A stretch of DNA of 64,000 nucleotides, from positions 192,001-256,000 of the forward strand of contig OY970223.1 in assembly GCA_963714015.1 (NCBI GenBank). Direction: 5' to 3'. How positions within the stretch are numbered: the stretch's first letter is position 1; each line of letters begins with the position of its first letter. A program made the translations under genes and the position numbers. The notes under the pieces were generated by a model. That model did not search any database. It saw only the letters and a program-made list of their open reading frames with translations, and was not told where the DNA came from. Below, one piece after another: positions 28,764 through 40,123 of this stretch. The DNA comes from Vulcanimicrobiota bacterium (GTDB lineage: Bacteria; Vulcanimicrobiota; Vulcanimicrobiia; Vulcanimicrobiales; Vulcanimicrobiaceae).

Positions 28764-29856
28764 TGTTCTGCGCGGCATTGCGCCACGCAAATTCGCCGAG
28801 CGCTCTTTCACGTCCATAGGTGCCCATCGCTGCCGCTAACGCGCGCTGCGTAATGAGCGTGCGCAGTGCGGTCGCAATCGCTTGCGGACTGTTGCCGTCG
28901 ACCAAAAATCCCGATTTTCCGTCGGCGATGGCATCTTCGGCTCCGGAATCCACTCCGCCGACGGACGCCAGGCGCGCCATTGCCGCCTCGAGGTAGACGA
29001 TTCCGAATCCCTCAACGTCGCCTGCGCCGACGCGCCGGGTCGCAAGCGAGAAGCACCAAGCGCGCGCGTATGCATCTTCGAGTTCGGCATCGCTGACGTC
29101 GCCGAGGAAATGCACGTTTTGCGAGGCGCCTACGCGCTTTGCAAGTTCGCGCAGATACCCCTCCGCCGGACCGATACCGACGATCTCGTACCGCAGGTCG
29201 GGAAACTCGGCAAGCATCAGGGCAATGGCTTCGATCGTTTTATCAAATCCTTTGCGCAGCACCAAGCGCCCGACGGAGAGGATCGTCGGAACCGGCGCCG
29301 GCCGGCGCGTAAAGTCCTTCGAATCGATGCCGCACCGGCCAAGCACGGCGCGGCTGGTGATGCCCGCTTCGCGCAGTAAGCGCGCCGTAAATGTGCTGTT
29401 CGCGACCGCGACGTCCGCTCGCGCGAAGACGGCGCGCATCATACTTCGCCGCAGAAGCGATTGCTGCGAGAGTATCTCGGAACCGTGCGCGACGATCGCG
29501 AGTTTTCCGCGCACGCTGCGCGGCAGCGTTGCGCATGCCAAGCCGCTGCGCAGCCAGGACGATGCAATCGTGCATTTATCAGGCATCGAGCGATGCGCTT
29601 GCGCAACCGCTTGCCGCACACGAAACGACCAAAGGGGCAGCGGCTCGGGCCGATCGTGTCCCGGGAACGGAAAGCGCATGACGCGATACGGCTGCTGCGC
29701 GTCGAAATCTTCGCAATCGGGCATCCACGGCGCGACGACCGTCAGCGGATGGCCGGCTGCAGCAATCTCGCCCGCCAGCCGGAACATGTAGCGTTCGATT
29801 CCGCCGTAGCCGGGCGGCGGAAACTCGGTGGTTGCCAAGACAGCCATCGCGTTCAA
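28660..29856 (-). CDS. Glycosyltransferase family 4 (PimB-like)
   Basis: FPP..GGI, VGRLV.RKG.D, EGFGIVYLEA. Confidence 0.88.
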   Translation of the reverse strand: MNAMAVLATTEFPPPGYGGIERYMFRLAGEIAAAGHPLTVVAPWMPDCEDFDAQQPYRVMRFPFPGHDRPEPLPLWSFRVRQAVAQAHRSMPDKCTIASSWLRSGLACATLPRSVRGKLAIVAHGSEILSQQSLLRRSMMRAVFARADVAVANSTFTARLLREAGITSRAVLGRCGIDSKDFTRRPAPVPTILSVGRLVLRKGFDKTIEAIALMLAEFPDLRYEIVGIGPAEGYLRELAKRVGASQNVHFLGDVSDAELEDAYARAWCFSLATRRVGAGDVEGFGIVYLEAAMARLASVGGVDSGAEDAIADGKSGFLVDGNSPQAIATALRTLITQRALAAAMGTYGRERALGEFAWRNAAQNIMTALGRDPLCELRSKAMPDELPAPTFRPSSPSS

Positions 29857-29959
29857 GTATACGGGGCGTGTAGGACGGCTCGCATGGGCCGGATGCTTCA
29901 GGCCCGCGCCGGTGGACGTCTCATTCTACGGCAAAACTGCCCGTGCTACGATTGCGCTC

Positions 29960-30367
29960 GTGAACCTCGCGCTCGGACGCATGCGGCCGCTCATTTCCGT
30001 CCTGACTGCGCTCCTGCTCGCGGCGCTTTTCGCTCTTGCGGTGAGCCGCAACTTTGAAAAGTACACGACGCCGAGTACGGATGGAGCGCTCGTTCACATC
30101 TATCTGCGTAAGGTTTTCAGCATCGGCGCATTCGCAGGGGTGGGGTACCTGATCGCCTCTTTGCGAGGGCGCGGACGCGGGGACGTCCTCCCCGTTACAC
30201 TCATCGTGGGCGCGTTCAGTGCGTTGATCGAAATCGGGCAGCGGCTGCACGGAGAACGCGAAGGATTGTACTGGAACGCGATCGATACGCTGTGCGGGGC
30301 CGCGGGGGGATTTTTGGGCGTTTACTTCCGGGCGCTAGTTCGTCGAATCTTCGGAACGGGTGCGTAA
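29960..30367 (+). CDS. VanZ-like small membrane protein
   Basis: 4 TMs, LRK, IE.GQ...D....G.G pattern; start uncertain. Confidence 0.5.
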   Translation: MNLALGRMRPLISVLTALLLAALFALAVSRNFEKYTTPSTDGALVHIYLRKVFSIGAFAGVGYLIASLRGRGRGDVLPVTLIVGAFSALIEIGQRLHGEREGLYWNAIDTLCGAAGGFLGVYFRALVRRIFGTGA

Positions 30368-30628
30368 CTCCTCGAACGTCATGACTCGCAGCGGCTTCTC
30401 CCCTACCAGCGGCGTTATACGCATGACGACGGAAAGATTGAGCACCGCTACTCCGCCCGCGGGTCCGAGGAGCTTTGCGGCGCTTTCGACGTGACGCGAT
30501 ATGGAAGGCGCATCGGTGGCGTTGTCCACGACCAATGCGGGAGGTGCGTGCATCGCAAGGACGTGAAAGTCGTCGTCGACGATCAAGGTGAGGGCAAGCG
30601 ATGGCCGCCGCTCTCGCGCATCCGTCAT
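30335..30628 (-). CDS. Small hypothetical protein resembling the sensor domain of the LuxR protein at 32461
   Basis: ATG next to the esterase stop; LIVDDDFHVL...VVMRITPLVG...TFEELRTR. Confidence 0.5.
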   Translation of the reverse strand: MTDARERRPSLALTLIVDDDFHVLAMHAPPALVVDNATDAPSISRHVESAAKLLGPAGGVAVLNLSVVMRITPLVGEKPLRVMTFEELRTRSEDSTN

Positions 30629-30629
30629 G

Positions 30630-32143
30630 TCAGGATCCGGCGCGCTGCATCTGCTCAGCAATGCGCTGCACCAAACCGCCGGCGTAGATATTGTAGTGGT
30701 TACGGCCGGCAACGAAATCGAAGGGTTCGGCCGAACCGAGCTCTCGCAATCGCCGCTCGAAAAGCGCCGCGGGCTCGTTCAGCAGATAGGTGTCGTCCGT
30801 ACCGACGACGATGTGCAATCTGCCGGCCAGTTCTCGTCGCAACGGCCGGCCGCTCTTTGCCAATATCGCGGAGATGTCATAGGCCTTCCAGGCCTGACGC
30901 GACGTTGCGCGAAGATGCGTCCCGTCCGGCGGTCGAAAAGCGGTTCCGGAGCACCATCGGACCCCCGCGGACTGAAAACGGCCTCGAACGAAGCGAGCTG
31001 TCCGCCGAAACGTCCTTCGACGGACTCGAGAGCGGCGGCATTCCGTGTCGTCATCAGCGTATGCCCATGCTGCTGTTCATAGGCCGTTTCACGGCCTCTT
31101 ACTTCATAGAGATTGGCGCCCCGCGAATAGATGTCGACCCCCAAAAAACTCCGGAAATCGACGGGATCCGGCGAAACCGCCCACGCACCGGCAAAGAGCC
31201 CGGGGTAGCGCAGTTGCAGCCAGAGCGCGGACCAGCCGCCCGAAGAGTGGCCGGTGAGAAATTGCGCGTCGGAACGAACGCGGTAGCTGCGCTGAACGTA
31301 CCCGACGACGTCGTTTACGAATGCCGTTCCCCATGGACCGTTATTGGCGGAATCCGCGAATTCGGTATGTCCCAGCGACCAATGCGCGTCGGGATAGACG
31401 TAAATCATTTTCGGAATCATGCCGGCGCGCATCTCGTACAGAATCTGACGCGCGTCCATCGGCCCTCGGTCGAACGCTGCGCTTTCCGCCGTCGCGTGGA
31501 AGGCGTGAATCACGTAAACGACGGGATAACGGCCTGCGTTCCGTTTGTAATCCGGCGGCAAGACGACGACGGCCCGGATACTCACGGGTTTGCGCCAAAA
31601 ACGCGAGAGGCTCGGGGCTGGGAACGTCGACGGCGTCGATGGAGTCTTTGTACGGGAAACGGTGTCCAAACGCCGGCCGTGAGATCGTAATGGTCAGTTG
31701 CGTTCCCGGGGTGACGTTTACTTGCGAAACGGCGCTCAGATCCATCCCCGTTCCCGCGCCGGAGTAGCCGTAGGAGCCGCTTCGGTCCAGCAGCGCCATG
31801 ACGTAGTACTTGCCGGCCGGCAGCCGATCCGGGGGATTCGGAAAATAATGACCTGCGGCATCAAATGATATCGTGCTGCCTGGCCCGGTTGACCGTACGT
31901 CCTCGGAGTAGACTGCGACGCTCGTAGATCGGTTGCGGATCGTATTGCAGCACGTGCCCCGGCGCGCGCGAAACCACGACGATCGCCCGGCCCGCTCCGT
32001 TGGAGCCGAGCAGCCACGGCGCAATACGGACCGCTACGTGCGTCTTGCCATCGGGCGACGGCGCAGTCGAGGCGCCCCAGCAACCGCTCAAAGCGAAGAC
32101 TGCCGCAGGCGATGAGGAGAAGGTGTCGCCGCAGTTGACCCAT
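30630..32143 (-). CDS. Exported alpha/beta-hydrolase (Fes-like putative esterase), several frameshifts
   Basis: LPP.Y...YPVVY, DSANNGPW, GHSSGG, SPDPVDF; reconstructed lipoprotein-like N-terminus. Confidence 0.7.
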
Positions 32144-32460
32144 CGCTATTAAGTTTAGTCTTCGGATACGCGCAGGGTAAGGCGCATTATGACCAGGGAC
32201 TGCGCGCCGGATTTCTTTGCGCCGTTACCGCCGGGGAAGAACGGACCTGACTGCATGGGCCGTTTAACCCGCCTGCCGTTACAAGCATTTGCGGCCGCAA
32301 CGCAACCATCGCGTGCCGAAAGAACCTATAAGAATAATAGGAAAAATGGCCCAAATCGGCCGTTTTTAAGTTAAAACGCGCAGGACAGCGGCCCGGCTTG
32401 AAGCAACAAAGTGCGACTGTAGCACCTGCCTCCGCGATTATCTCTATGGGTAATTAGCAT

Positions 32461-33042
32461 TTGCTGGAACCGACGCCGCATAAAGTAGTCTCCCACTCCG
32501 GCTCGGATGAATCGTTGGATTCGTTCATCTTGAAGCGCGCAAAACCGCGCGTGATTCTTCTCGACGCTTCCATGCAGATCGTGTTCGCCGAGGCAAAAGC
32601 TTGCGCAACTTTGTGGCGCAGCTTCGATCTGACAACGACGAACACGATGCAGCTGCCCGAACCTGTTGCAGCCGCCGTTGCGCAGGCGCTTTCCGAGATT
32701 CCGGACTACAGCGATCGCGAACGGATCGTTCGGATCGAGCCGAACATCATGCTTCGCGTAGCGAGGCTGCGCGGTGCAGGCGGGTCTTACATCGGCGTCT
32801 TCATCGAAGAGATCGCGCGGCGCGAAGACCTCTGCGCAACCGCCAAGCGCTTCAACCTCACCCATCGTGAGGTCGAAGTGCTTTCGCTCATCCTGCACGG
32901 TTTCAACACTTTCGAGATCGGCGAGCGCTTGACAATTGCGCAGGTCACAGTCAAAGACTACTGTAAAGCGCTCCTGCGAAAAACCCATGCGCGCAACCGT
33001 GCCGATATGCTCGCCAAAGCCCTGAACTGGATAGACGACTAG
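32461..33042 (+). CDS. LuxR-family transcriptional regulator with N-terminal PAS-like domain
   Basis: [11 protein letters not shown]....EI...L.I...TVK. Confidence 0.8.
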   Translation: MLEPTPHKVVSHSGSDESLDSFILKRAKPRVILLDASMQIVFAEAKACATLWRSFDLTTTNTMQLPEPVAAAVAQALSEIPDYSDRERIVRIEPNIMLRVARLRGAGGSYIGVFIEEIARREDLCATAKRFNLTHREVEVLSLILHGFNTFEIGERLTIAQVTVKDYCKALLRKTHARNRADMLAKALNWIDD

Positions 33043-33048
33043 CCCTTC

Positions 33049-33936
33049 TCAAGACGACATGCTCGGAACGGGCATGCGCTGCGCCAGCAGTGCGGGGATC
33101 TGCGAGGGGCGATCGGCGACGGGAACGCCGGCGTTTTGGAACGCTTCGATCTTGCTTTGCGGCGTTCCGAATTTCCCGGAGATGATTGCGCCGGCATGTC
33201 CGAGCGATTTGCCCGCCGGCGCATTGCGGCCGCCGATGAACGCCACAATCGGCATATCCGGCATGTGCTCTTTGATGAACGCCGCGGCATCCTCTTCGTC
33301 GGAGCCGCCGATTTCGCCGCAAACGACGACGGCTTCCGTTTGCGAGTCGTTCTTGAACTCGCGCAGACAGTCGACGAACGTCGTGCCGATGATCGGATCG
33401 CCGCCGATGCCGACACACGTTGATTGCCCGTAACCGGCGCGCGTCAGCAAGTCGACTACTTCATACGTCAGCGTCCCCGAGCGCGAGATGAGGCCGACGT
33501 TTCCTTCTTTGAACACGTGGCCGGGCATAATCCCGATCGACGATTTTCCCGGTGAGATCAATCCGGGGCAGTTCGGCCCGATGATCCGCATGTTCGGCGT
33601 CGCGCCGACGACTTTCAGCACGTCGTGCACCGGCACGCCTTCGGTGATGCAGACAGCGAACGTGATACCGGCATCGTGCGCTTCGAAGAGCGCATCTGCG
33701 GCGAACGGCGGCGGTACGAAGATGCAGGTATGTGTCGCGCCGGTCGCATCGACGGCGTCGTGCACCGTGTTGAACACCGGCAGACCATGCTCGGTTTTCT
33801 GACCGCCTTTTCCGGGCGTCACGCCGCCGACGATGTTCGTGCCGTAGGCGAGCATCCGCGTCGTATGGTACGAACCTTCCGCACCGGTGATCCCTTGAAC
33901 GATGACTTTGGTGTTTTTGTCTAAGAAGATGCTCAT
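33049..33936 (-). CDS. sucD: Succinyl-CoA synthetase alpha subunit
   Basis: [25 protein letters not shown]. Confidence 0.95.
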   Translation of the reverse strand: MSIFLDKNTKVIVQGITGAEGSYHTTRMLAYGTNIVGGVTPGKGGQKTEHGLPVFNTVHDAVDATGATHTCIFVPPPFAADALFEAHDAGITFAVCITEGVPVHDVLKVVGATPNMRIIGPNCPGLISPGKSSIGIMPGHVFKEGNVGLISRSGTLTYEVVDLLTRAGYGQSTCVGIGGDPIIGTTFVDCLREFKNDSQTEAVVVCGEIGGSDEEDAAAFIKEHMPDMPIVAFIGGRNAPAGKSLGHAGAIISGKFGTPQSKIEAFQNAGVPVADRPSQIPALLAQRMPVPSMSS

Positions 33937-35105
33937 GAGGCGGCTCCTGCGAGTTTGACGGCTTCGGCAGCCCCTTCGTCCATAGTTTCAACGGGCTTCA
34001 TGCCGGCTTGGGAAAGAACGCGGCGTCCTTCTTCTTCGTTGGTGCCGGTGAGGCGGATGACGAGCGGGACCTTGCGCGAACTCGTGGTGTTCAGCGCTTC
34101 GACGATACCTTTGGCAACTTCGTCGCAGCGCGTGATTCCGCCGAATATATTAATGAAGAACACTTTCGCCGGCGTATGGTTCATCACCAGCTCGTAACAG
34201 TTGCGCACGCGCTCGGCATTTGCGCCGCCGCCGACGTCAAGGAAGTTCGCGAACGAGCCGCCCGCGTTCTTGACCGCGTCCATCGTGCCCATCGCCAAAC
34301 CGGCGCCGTTGGCCATCGTCCCGACGTTTCCGTCGAAACGCCGGAAATTGCGAATACCCAATCCGGCCGCAACGGCGAGCTGCTCGTCTTCGTCCAGCGG
34401 CAGCGCCGTCTGCCATTGCTTGAACTCGGGATTCTTGTAGACTGCGTCGTCGTCGAGCTCGACTTTTGAGTCGGACGCGACGACGTTTCCGTCTTGCGTC
34501 AGCGCGAGCGGATTGATCTCGACGAGCTTGGCACCGTAGCGGAAGAAAAGATCGTACAAGCCTGAGATGATTCCGGGAAGCGCTTTGCGGTAACCCGGAT
34601 CGAGGTCGCTCGCGAAAGCGAGATCCCGTCCGATGAAGGGCCAATAGCCGCCCGCGGTATCGATAAACGCCTTGGCGATGGAGTCGGGATGCTGCTCGGC
34701 GACCTCTTCAATGTCCATGCCGCCGTGTTTGCTGACCATGACGACGGGTTTCTTGGTGGTGCGATCGATCGCTATTGCGCAATAAGCTTCCTTGACGATG
34801 GGCAGCTTCTCTTCGATCAGCAGCGAATTGATCGGCTCGCCCTTGGGATTCTGCCGGTTCGGCGGCATGGGCGTCGCCACGATCGCCTGGGAGACTTTGC
34901 GCGCTTCATCCGCGGTCTTCGCGAATTTGATCTTGCCGGCTTTGCCGCGGCCGCCCATCAAGACTTGGGCCTTCACAACCCAATCGCCCGGATTTTTGCC
35001 GACGAATTCGGCGGCTTCTTCGGGCGTCGTGACGTGCTTGCTGCGTGGAATCGGAATGCCGGCGCGCCGGAATAATTCCTTTCCCTGATACTCCATGAGG
35101 TTCAT
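33933..35105 (-). CDS. sucC: Succinyl-CoA synthetase beta subunit
   Basis: [42 protein letters not shown]. Confidence 0.95.
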   Translation of the reverse strand: MNLMEYQGKELFRRAGIPIPRSKHVTTPEEAAEFVGKNPGDWVVKAQVLMGGRGKAGKIKFAKTADEARKVSQAIVATPMPPNRQNPKGEPINSLLIEEKLPIVKEAYCAIAIDRTTKKPVVMVSKHGGMDIEEVAEQHPDSIAKAFIDTAGGYWPFIGRDLAFASDLDPGYRKALPGIISGLYDLFFRYGAKLVEINPLALTQDGNVVASDSKVELDDDAVYKNPEFKQWQTALPLDEDEQLAVAAGLGIRNFRRFDGNVGTMANGAGLAMGTMDAVKNAGGSFANFLDVGGGANAERVRNCYELVMNHTPAKVFFINIFGGITRCDEVAKGIVEALNTTSSRKVPLVIRLTGTNEEEGRRVLSQAGMKPVETMDEGAAEAVKLAGAAS

Positions 35106-35166
35106 TCGGTTGTTCTCATCTCCTATTTTAAAAAACGTTCAGCCAAACGGAAACTTCGTAGCATCC

Positions 35167-36324
35167 TTAAAGTTTTCCCAAGTACGCGCGGCTGATGATG
35201 ATCTGCTGAATCTCCGAGGTGCCTTCGTAGATCTCCGTGATTTTGGCGTCACGGTAGTACCGCTCGACCGGAAACTCGGTGGTATATCCGTATCCGCCGT
35301 GAATCTGCAGCGCTTCCGCCGCGTGCTTGCGCGCCGCCGTCGATGCGAAGTATTTGGCCTTGCTGGCTTCGACCGCAAACGCTTTTCCCGCATCGTATAG
35401 TGCGGCCGCGCGATACGTCAGCAGCCGCGCCGCGTCCAGGTCGGTCGCCATCTGCGCGATCTTGAACGAGACGCCCTCAAAAGCGCCGATCGGTTTTCCG
35501 AATGCGACGCGCTCCTGCGCGAACTTCACCGAGGCATCCAAGCACGCGGCCAAAATGCCGCAGGCTTGCGCGGCGATGCCGATGCGCCCGCCGGTAAGCG
35601 CCGTCATGGCGTGACTGAAGCCCGCACCCTCGTCGCCGAGCAGCGCCGAAAGCGGTACCTGCGCGTCGTCGAACGCAATGTCGCACGTGTTGCTGGTATG
35701 GATTCCGAGCTTCTCCGTAACGCGATCGACGGTCACGCCCTCCGTATCGTTGTCGACCAGGAATGCGCTCACGCCCTTAGCGCCCTCACCGCCGGTACGG
35801 AACATCCCCATGAGCACCATCGAATAACTGCCGTTCGTGCACCATTGCTTGCGGCCGTTCAGGACGTAACCTTCCGCGTTCTTGCGGGCCGTCGCGCGAA
35901 TATTCGCGGCGTCGGAACCGGCATCGGGTTCGGTGAGCGCGAATCCGGCAATTTTGTCTTCCTGCGCCAGCATTGGAAGATAGCGCCGCTTCTGCTCCTC
36001 GCTGCCGAGTTTGAGGATCGCCATGCAAATCATCGAATGTACGGAAACCGTCACCGCCGTGCCGGCGTCGACCCGAGCCAACTCTTCGATCGCACGCGCG
36101 TACGAAACGTAGTCGGCTCCGGCGCCGCCGTATTGATCGGGCACGAGCAGTCCCATAACGCCGGCGGCATTGAGCTTACCGAACACCTCCCGGGGGAAAC
36201 GATGCTCGCGATCCCATTTGGCGATGTGGGGTGCGATCTCGCGCTGAGCGATCTCTGCGGCCAGATCTCCGATCTCCCGCTGTTCTTGCGTGAGCTCGAA
36301 CGACACGCGAGACGTCGTTTCCAT
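35167..36324 (-). CDS. Acyl-CoA dehydrogenase (short-chain/butyryl-like)
   Basis: ALTEP.AGSD, GRIGIAAQ, QIHGGYGY, IYEGTSEIQ. Confidence 0.92.
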   Translation of the reverse strand: METTSRVSFELTQEQREIGDLAAEIAQREIAPHIAKWDREHRFPREVFGKLNAAGVMGLLVPDQYGGAGADYVSYARAIEELARVDAGTAVTVSVHSMICMAILKLGSEEQKRRYLPMLAQEDKIAGFALTEPDAGSDAANIRATARKNAEGYVLNGRKQWCTNGSYSMVLMGMFRTGGEGAKGVSAFLVDNDTEGVTVDRVTEKLGIHTSNTCDIAFDDAQVPLSALLGDEGAGFSHAMTALTGGRIGIAAQACGILAACLDASVKFAQERVAFGKPIGAFEGVSFKIAQMATDLDAARLLTYRAAALYDAGKAFAVEASKAKYFASTAARKHAAEALQIHGGYGYTTEFPVERYYRDAKITEIYEGTSEIQQIIISRAYLGKL

Positions 36325-36339
36325 GGTTACCGCCGCGGC

Positions 36340-37178
36340 CTATTCATAACTGTAGAAGCCTCGTCCGGACTTTTTGCCGTACCAACCGGCGGCGACATAC
36401 TGCTTGAGAAGCGGACACGGACGATATTTCGTGTCGGCGAACCCGTCGTAGAGCACGTTCATAATAGCCAGACACGTATCCAAGCCGATGAAATCGGCGA
36501 GCTGCAACGGCCCCATCGGATGATTCATGCCGACTTCATCACCGTGTCCACGGCTTCGGCCGTTCCGACGCCTTCATAGACGGCGTAGATCGCTTCGTTG
36601 ATCATCGGCATGAGCACGCGGTTCGAAACGAACCCCGGGAAATCACGCACTTCGACGGGCGTCTTCCCTAAGCCGCGAGCGAGCGATTCGACGAGATCGT
36701 ACGTTGCTTGCGTCGTAGCGATTCCGCGAATGATCTCGACCAGCTGCATCACCGGGACGGGGTTCATGAAATGCATGCCGATGACGCCGCCTGGGCGCCC
36801 GGTGACCGCCGCCAGCCTCGTAATGGAGATCGACGAAGTATTGCTGGCCAAAATCGCACTGGGCGGCGTCGATTGATCGAGCGACCGGAAGAGCTCCAGT
36901 TTCAGGTCCAAGTGCTCCGTCGCCGCCTCGATCGCGATGTCGACGTCAAAGTCTTTGATGCCGGCGACCGGATTGATATGCGTGAGAATCGTCCCGCGCT
37001 GCTCGTCGGTAAGTCGCCCCTTTTCAACGCTCCGGGAAAGGTTGCGTTCGATCGCCGAAACGCCGCGGTTCACCGTCGGCTCGTCGCGATCGACCAGCGT
37101 AACGGAATGATGATGCGAAGCTGCTACCTGCGCGATGCCGGAGCCCATCTGTCCGGCACCGATAACTGCAATGCGCAC
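36340..37178 (-). CDS. hbd: 3-hydroxybutyryl-CoA dehydrogenase (frameshift near 36533)
   Basis: [33 protein letters not shown]. Confidence 0.88.
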
Positions 37179-37187
37179 GAGGCGGGG

Positions 37188-38540
37188 TTAATCTACCCGG
37201 ATCAGCAACGCGTCGCCCTGGCCGCCGCCGCTGCAAATCGCCGCGATGCCTAGGCCGCCGCCGCGTTTGCGCAGCTGATTGATGACCGTTCCGGCGAGCC
37301 GCGCACCGGACGCGCCGATCGGATGTCCCATTGCGACGGCACCGCCCAGCTTGTTGACTTGAGCGGGATCTATGCCGATTGCGCGAGCCGACGTAAGCGC
37401 CACCGCGGAGAACGCCTCGTTGATCTCCCAAACGTCGATCTGCTCTTTGCCGATGCCGGTCTTCTGCAGCAATTTCTGCACGGCCATTGCGGGAGTCAGA
37501 GCGATGTACGGTGAGTCCCACCCGACGGTGGCATGATCCAAAATCGTCGCCAGCGGTTCGTGTCCGCGCTGCGTTGCAAATTCGCGGCTTGCCAGAACCA
37601 ATGCCGCTGCTCCGTCGTTCACCCCGGGCGCGTTGCCGGCCGTAATCGTTCCGCCTTCTTCGAGCGCTTTGAGTTTGCTCATGCTCTCGAGGCTTGCGTC
37701 GATACGCACCGCTTCGTCCCGGTCGACCGTTACGTGCGGCACGTCACCGGTGACGAACGGCGCCCACTGGGCATAGTTCAGCGTAAATTCTTTGGACGGC
37801 CGGTGCGCCCAAATCGCATCGGCGCCTTCATTTGAGGAACCGGCGGCAACGGGTACGCGTTCGCGCGCCGGCTCCGGCAGACGGTTCACGACCATCTTCC
37901 CTTTGTGTTTGGTCGCGACGCGCACCGGCACCATTTCATCGGCAAGCTTTCCGCTGTTTTGCGCTTCGGCGGCTCGACGGTGGCTCTCGTATGCAAAACG
38001 ATCCTGCTCTTCGCGCGTCACGGCAAGTTCGTTTGCGACTTTCGCGCCTTGGGCTGCCATCGTCATCGGAAAATAGTAATCCCACAAGCCGTCGTGGATC
38101 ATCGCATCGATCAATCTTCCGTCGCCAAAACGGTATCCGTTGCGCGCGTCCTTGAGCAGGTACGGCGCGTTGGACATCGATTCCATTCCGCCGGCCGAGA
38201 CGACCGCGTTGCTGCCCTCGTTGATCAAACGCGCCGCATTTACGACCGCGATCATCCCCGATGCGCAAACCTTGTTTACGGTTTCGGCAGTCGTCGTCTT
38301 GGCAAGGCCGGCTTTGAAAGCGCTTTGACGTGCGGGATTCTGGCCCGCGCCGGCTTGGAGCACTTGCCCCATGACCACATGCTCGATGTCGGCAGGATCG
38401 ATTCCGGCGCGTTCGATGGCTGCAACCAACGCAGCGGCGCCCAAACTCGTTGCCTCAAGCGCGGAAAGGCCGCCTCCCAGACGCCCAAACGGAGTACGCG
38501 CGAGGCCGAGAACCACGGCGTTGGAACTTTGAAAAGTCAT
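37188..38540 (-). CDS. Acetyl-CoA C-acetyltransferase (thiolase)
   Basis: NKVCASG, NEAF, GHPIGASG, ICSGGG. Confidence 0.93.
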   Translation of the reverse strand: MTFQSSNAVVLGLARTPFGRLGGGLSALEATSLGAAALVAAIERAGIDPADIEHVVMGQVLQAGAGQNPARQSAFKAGLAKTTTAETVNKVCASGMIAVVNAARLINEGSNAVVSAGGMESMSNAPYLLKDARNGYRFGDGRLIDAMIHDGLWDYYFPMTMAAQGAKVANELAVTREEQDRFAYESHRRAAEAQNSGKLADEMVPVRVATKHKGKMVVNRLPEPARERVPVAAGSSNEGADAIWAHRPSKEFTLNYAQWAPFVTGDVPHVTVDRDEAVRIDASLESMSKLKALEEGGTITAGNAPGVNDGAAALVLASREFATQRGHEPLATILDHATVGWDSPYIALTPAMAVQKLLQKTGIGKEQIDVWEINEAFSAVALTSARAIGIDPAQVNKLGGAVAMGHPIGASGARLAGTVINQLRKRGGGLGIAAICSGGGQGDALLIRVD

Positions 38541-38582
38541 AGCCCGGGACGATTCGAGGCGCCCGAAGCGCGTCCCTCATTC

Positions 38583-39500
38583 CTACTTATGTCGCTCAAG
38601 CCTGCTTGCTTTAGGTGGAGCGATTGGCTGCGTACAGACCACGCGTTCGTCCGGCGAGCAGTTTTTGCATTCGAACTGCAGAGTTACGTGCGCGATTCCG
38701 AAACGCTCGCGCAGCAACATGTCGACTTCCTCCAGAATTGCGGTCGCCTCGCTGACGCGGCGATCTTCAATAAGCACGTGTGCCGAGAGCGCGGCCCCTC
38801 CGGTGCCGATGGTCCAGACGTGCAAATCATGAACGGCAACGATCCCGTCCAGACCGTTCATAGCGTCGCGCACTTCATCGACGCGAATGCCTCGCGGTAC
38901 GCCTTCGAGCAGCACGTCCGTAGCGTCGCGCATGACGCGGAAGATTCCGATCAGGATGATCGCCGCAACGAAAAGCGAGAGCAGCGGATCGATCCACGCC
39001 GGCCCGCTCAGCGCGATGGCGATTCCGCCCAAGATTACGACGAACGCTCCAAGCGCGTCTCCCGCAACGTGAAAGAGCGCCGCGCGCATGTTCAGATTCG
39101 CATGCGCTTCCCGCGAGAGCATAAGACCGATGCCGCCGTTGACGATCAGACCGATAGCCGCGAAGAGGCTCATGAGCACGCCTTGCGGGTGTTGGGGCTG
39201 CGCAAAGCGATGCACCGCCTGATACACGATAAACCCGGTCGCTGCGAGCAGGACGCTCCCGTTAATCAGCGCGCCCAGCACTTCCAAACGCCCGAAACCG
39301 AACGTCTTGCGCGAGGTTGCAGACCGCAGGCTGCCCATCGCCGCAAACAGCGCGACGCCGAGCGCGAACAAATCCATACAGACGTGCAGCGCATCCGTCA
39401 CGAGCGCCAAAGAGCTCGCGCGCAGGCCGCCCCAAAATTCGAGCGCCGCAACGCACGCAAGCAGAAATATCGCGAGGACTAACCGTCCGCGCGCGTTCAT
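38583..39500 (-). CDS. Cation diffusion facilitator (CzcD/ZitB-like)
   Basis: SLAL..DA.H...D, HV.GD.L, HDLHVW, H.T.Q.E. Confidence 0.9.
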   Translation of the reverse strand: MNARGRLVLAIFLLACVAALEFWGGLRASSLALVTDALHVCMDLFALGVALFAAMGSLRSATSRKTFGFGRLEVLGALINGSVLLAATGFIVYQAVHRFAQPQHPQGVLMSLFAAIGLIVNGGIGLMLSREAHANLNMRAALFHVAGDALGAFVVILGGIAIALSGPAWIDPLLSLFVAAIILIGIFRVMRDATDVLLEGVPRGIRVDEVRDAMNGLDGIVAVHDLHVWTIGTGGAALSAHVLIEDRRVSEATAILEEVDMLLRERFGIAHVTLQFECKNCSPDERVVCTQPIAPPKASRLERHK

Positions 39501-39520
39501 GAGATCCGTGTCATGACCGG

Positions 39521-40123
39521 CTAGCTCTTGAGGGCCTTCAGCGCCAGGACCGCAAGCATGGCGCCGAACGTGAGAAACGTATTCGATTCCGCGCTCGCGA
39601 TGACGTCCGCGTTCCACGTGCCTTCTTTTGCGCCGGCGGGTTCGAGCGAGGGAACGATCTGCGGAACGCTGCTGCAATAGCGTTCGAAAGCCTCGCCGAA
39701 CTGCGAATGCAAATACTGCTCCTCATGCGGTACGATCGTCGCATACACGGCGGCCATCGTGCCGAGCGATGCACCGATCAGGCGCAATCTTTTTCCCGCG
39801 GAGACCCCGCCCGTGAAAGCGATCGCAAAGCCTGCAGCCGTGAGAAAATTTCCCACGTACAGCGGATTGCGCACGTATGCATAGGGACCGGCCGTCACCA
39901 GGCGCGGCGCAATGACGCGATCGTCGCGCGTCGTAACGCCGGAGTATCCGACAGCCCAGCAACGCAGCAGCTCGCCTCCGAGCGCCAGCGGTAAGCCGAC
40001 GGCGATGCTGAACGCGCTCGGTTTTCCGAACGCGGCAAGCAATACCGCCGGTATGGCAAGCAGTGCGCCGCGGTTTTTGAAAACCAATGCTCGAATATCG
40101 TCGTCTTGATGCGGATCGGTCAC
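39521..40123 (-). CDS. Isoprenylcysteine carboxyl methyltransferase family protein
   Basis: LVT.GPY.YVRNPLY.G, EE..L...FG..F..Y...VP. Confidence 0.8.
   Translation of the reverse strand: MTDPHQDDDIRALVFKNRGALLAIPAVLLAAFGKPSAFSIAVGLPLALGGELLRCWAVGYSGVTTRDDRVIAPRLVTAGPYAYVRNPLYVGNFLTAAGFAIAFTGGVSAGKRLRLIGASLGTMAAVYATIVPHEEQYLHSQFGEAFERYCSSVPQIVPSLEPAGAKEGTWNADVIASAESNTFLTFGAMLAVLALKALKS

Noticed and set aside
37905..39482. 525-aa plus-strand ORF
   Set aside because: Antisense shadow of the thiolase and CDF genes, typical of high-GC DNA.
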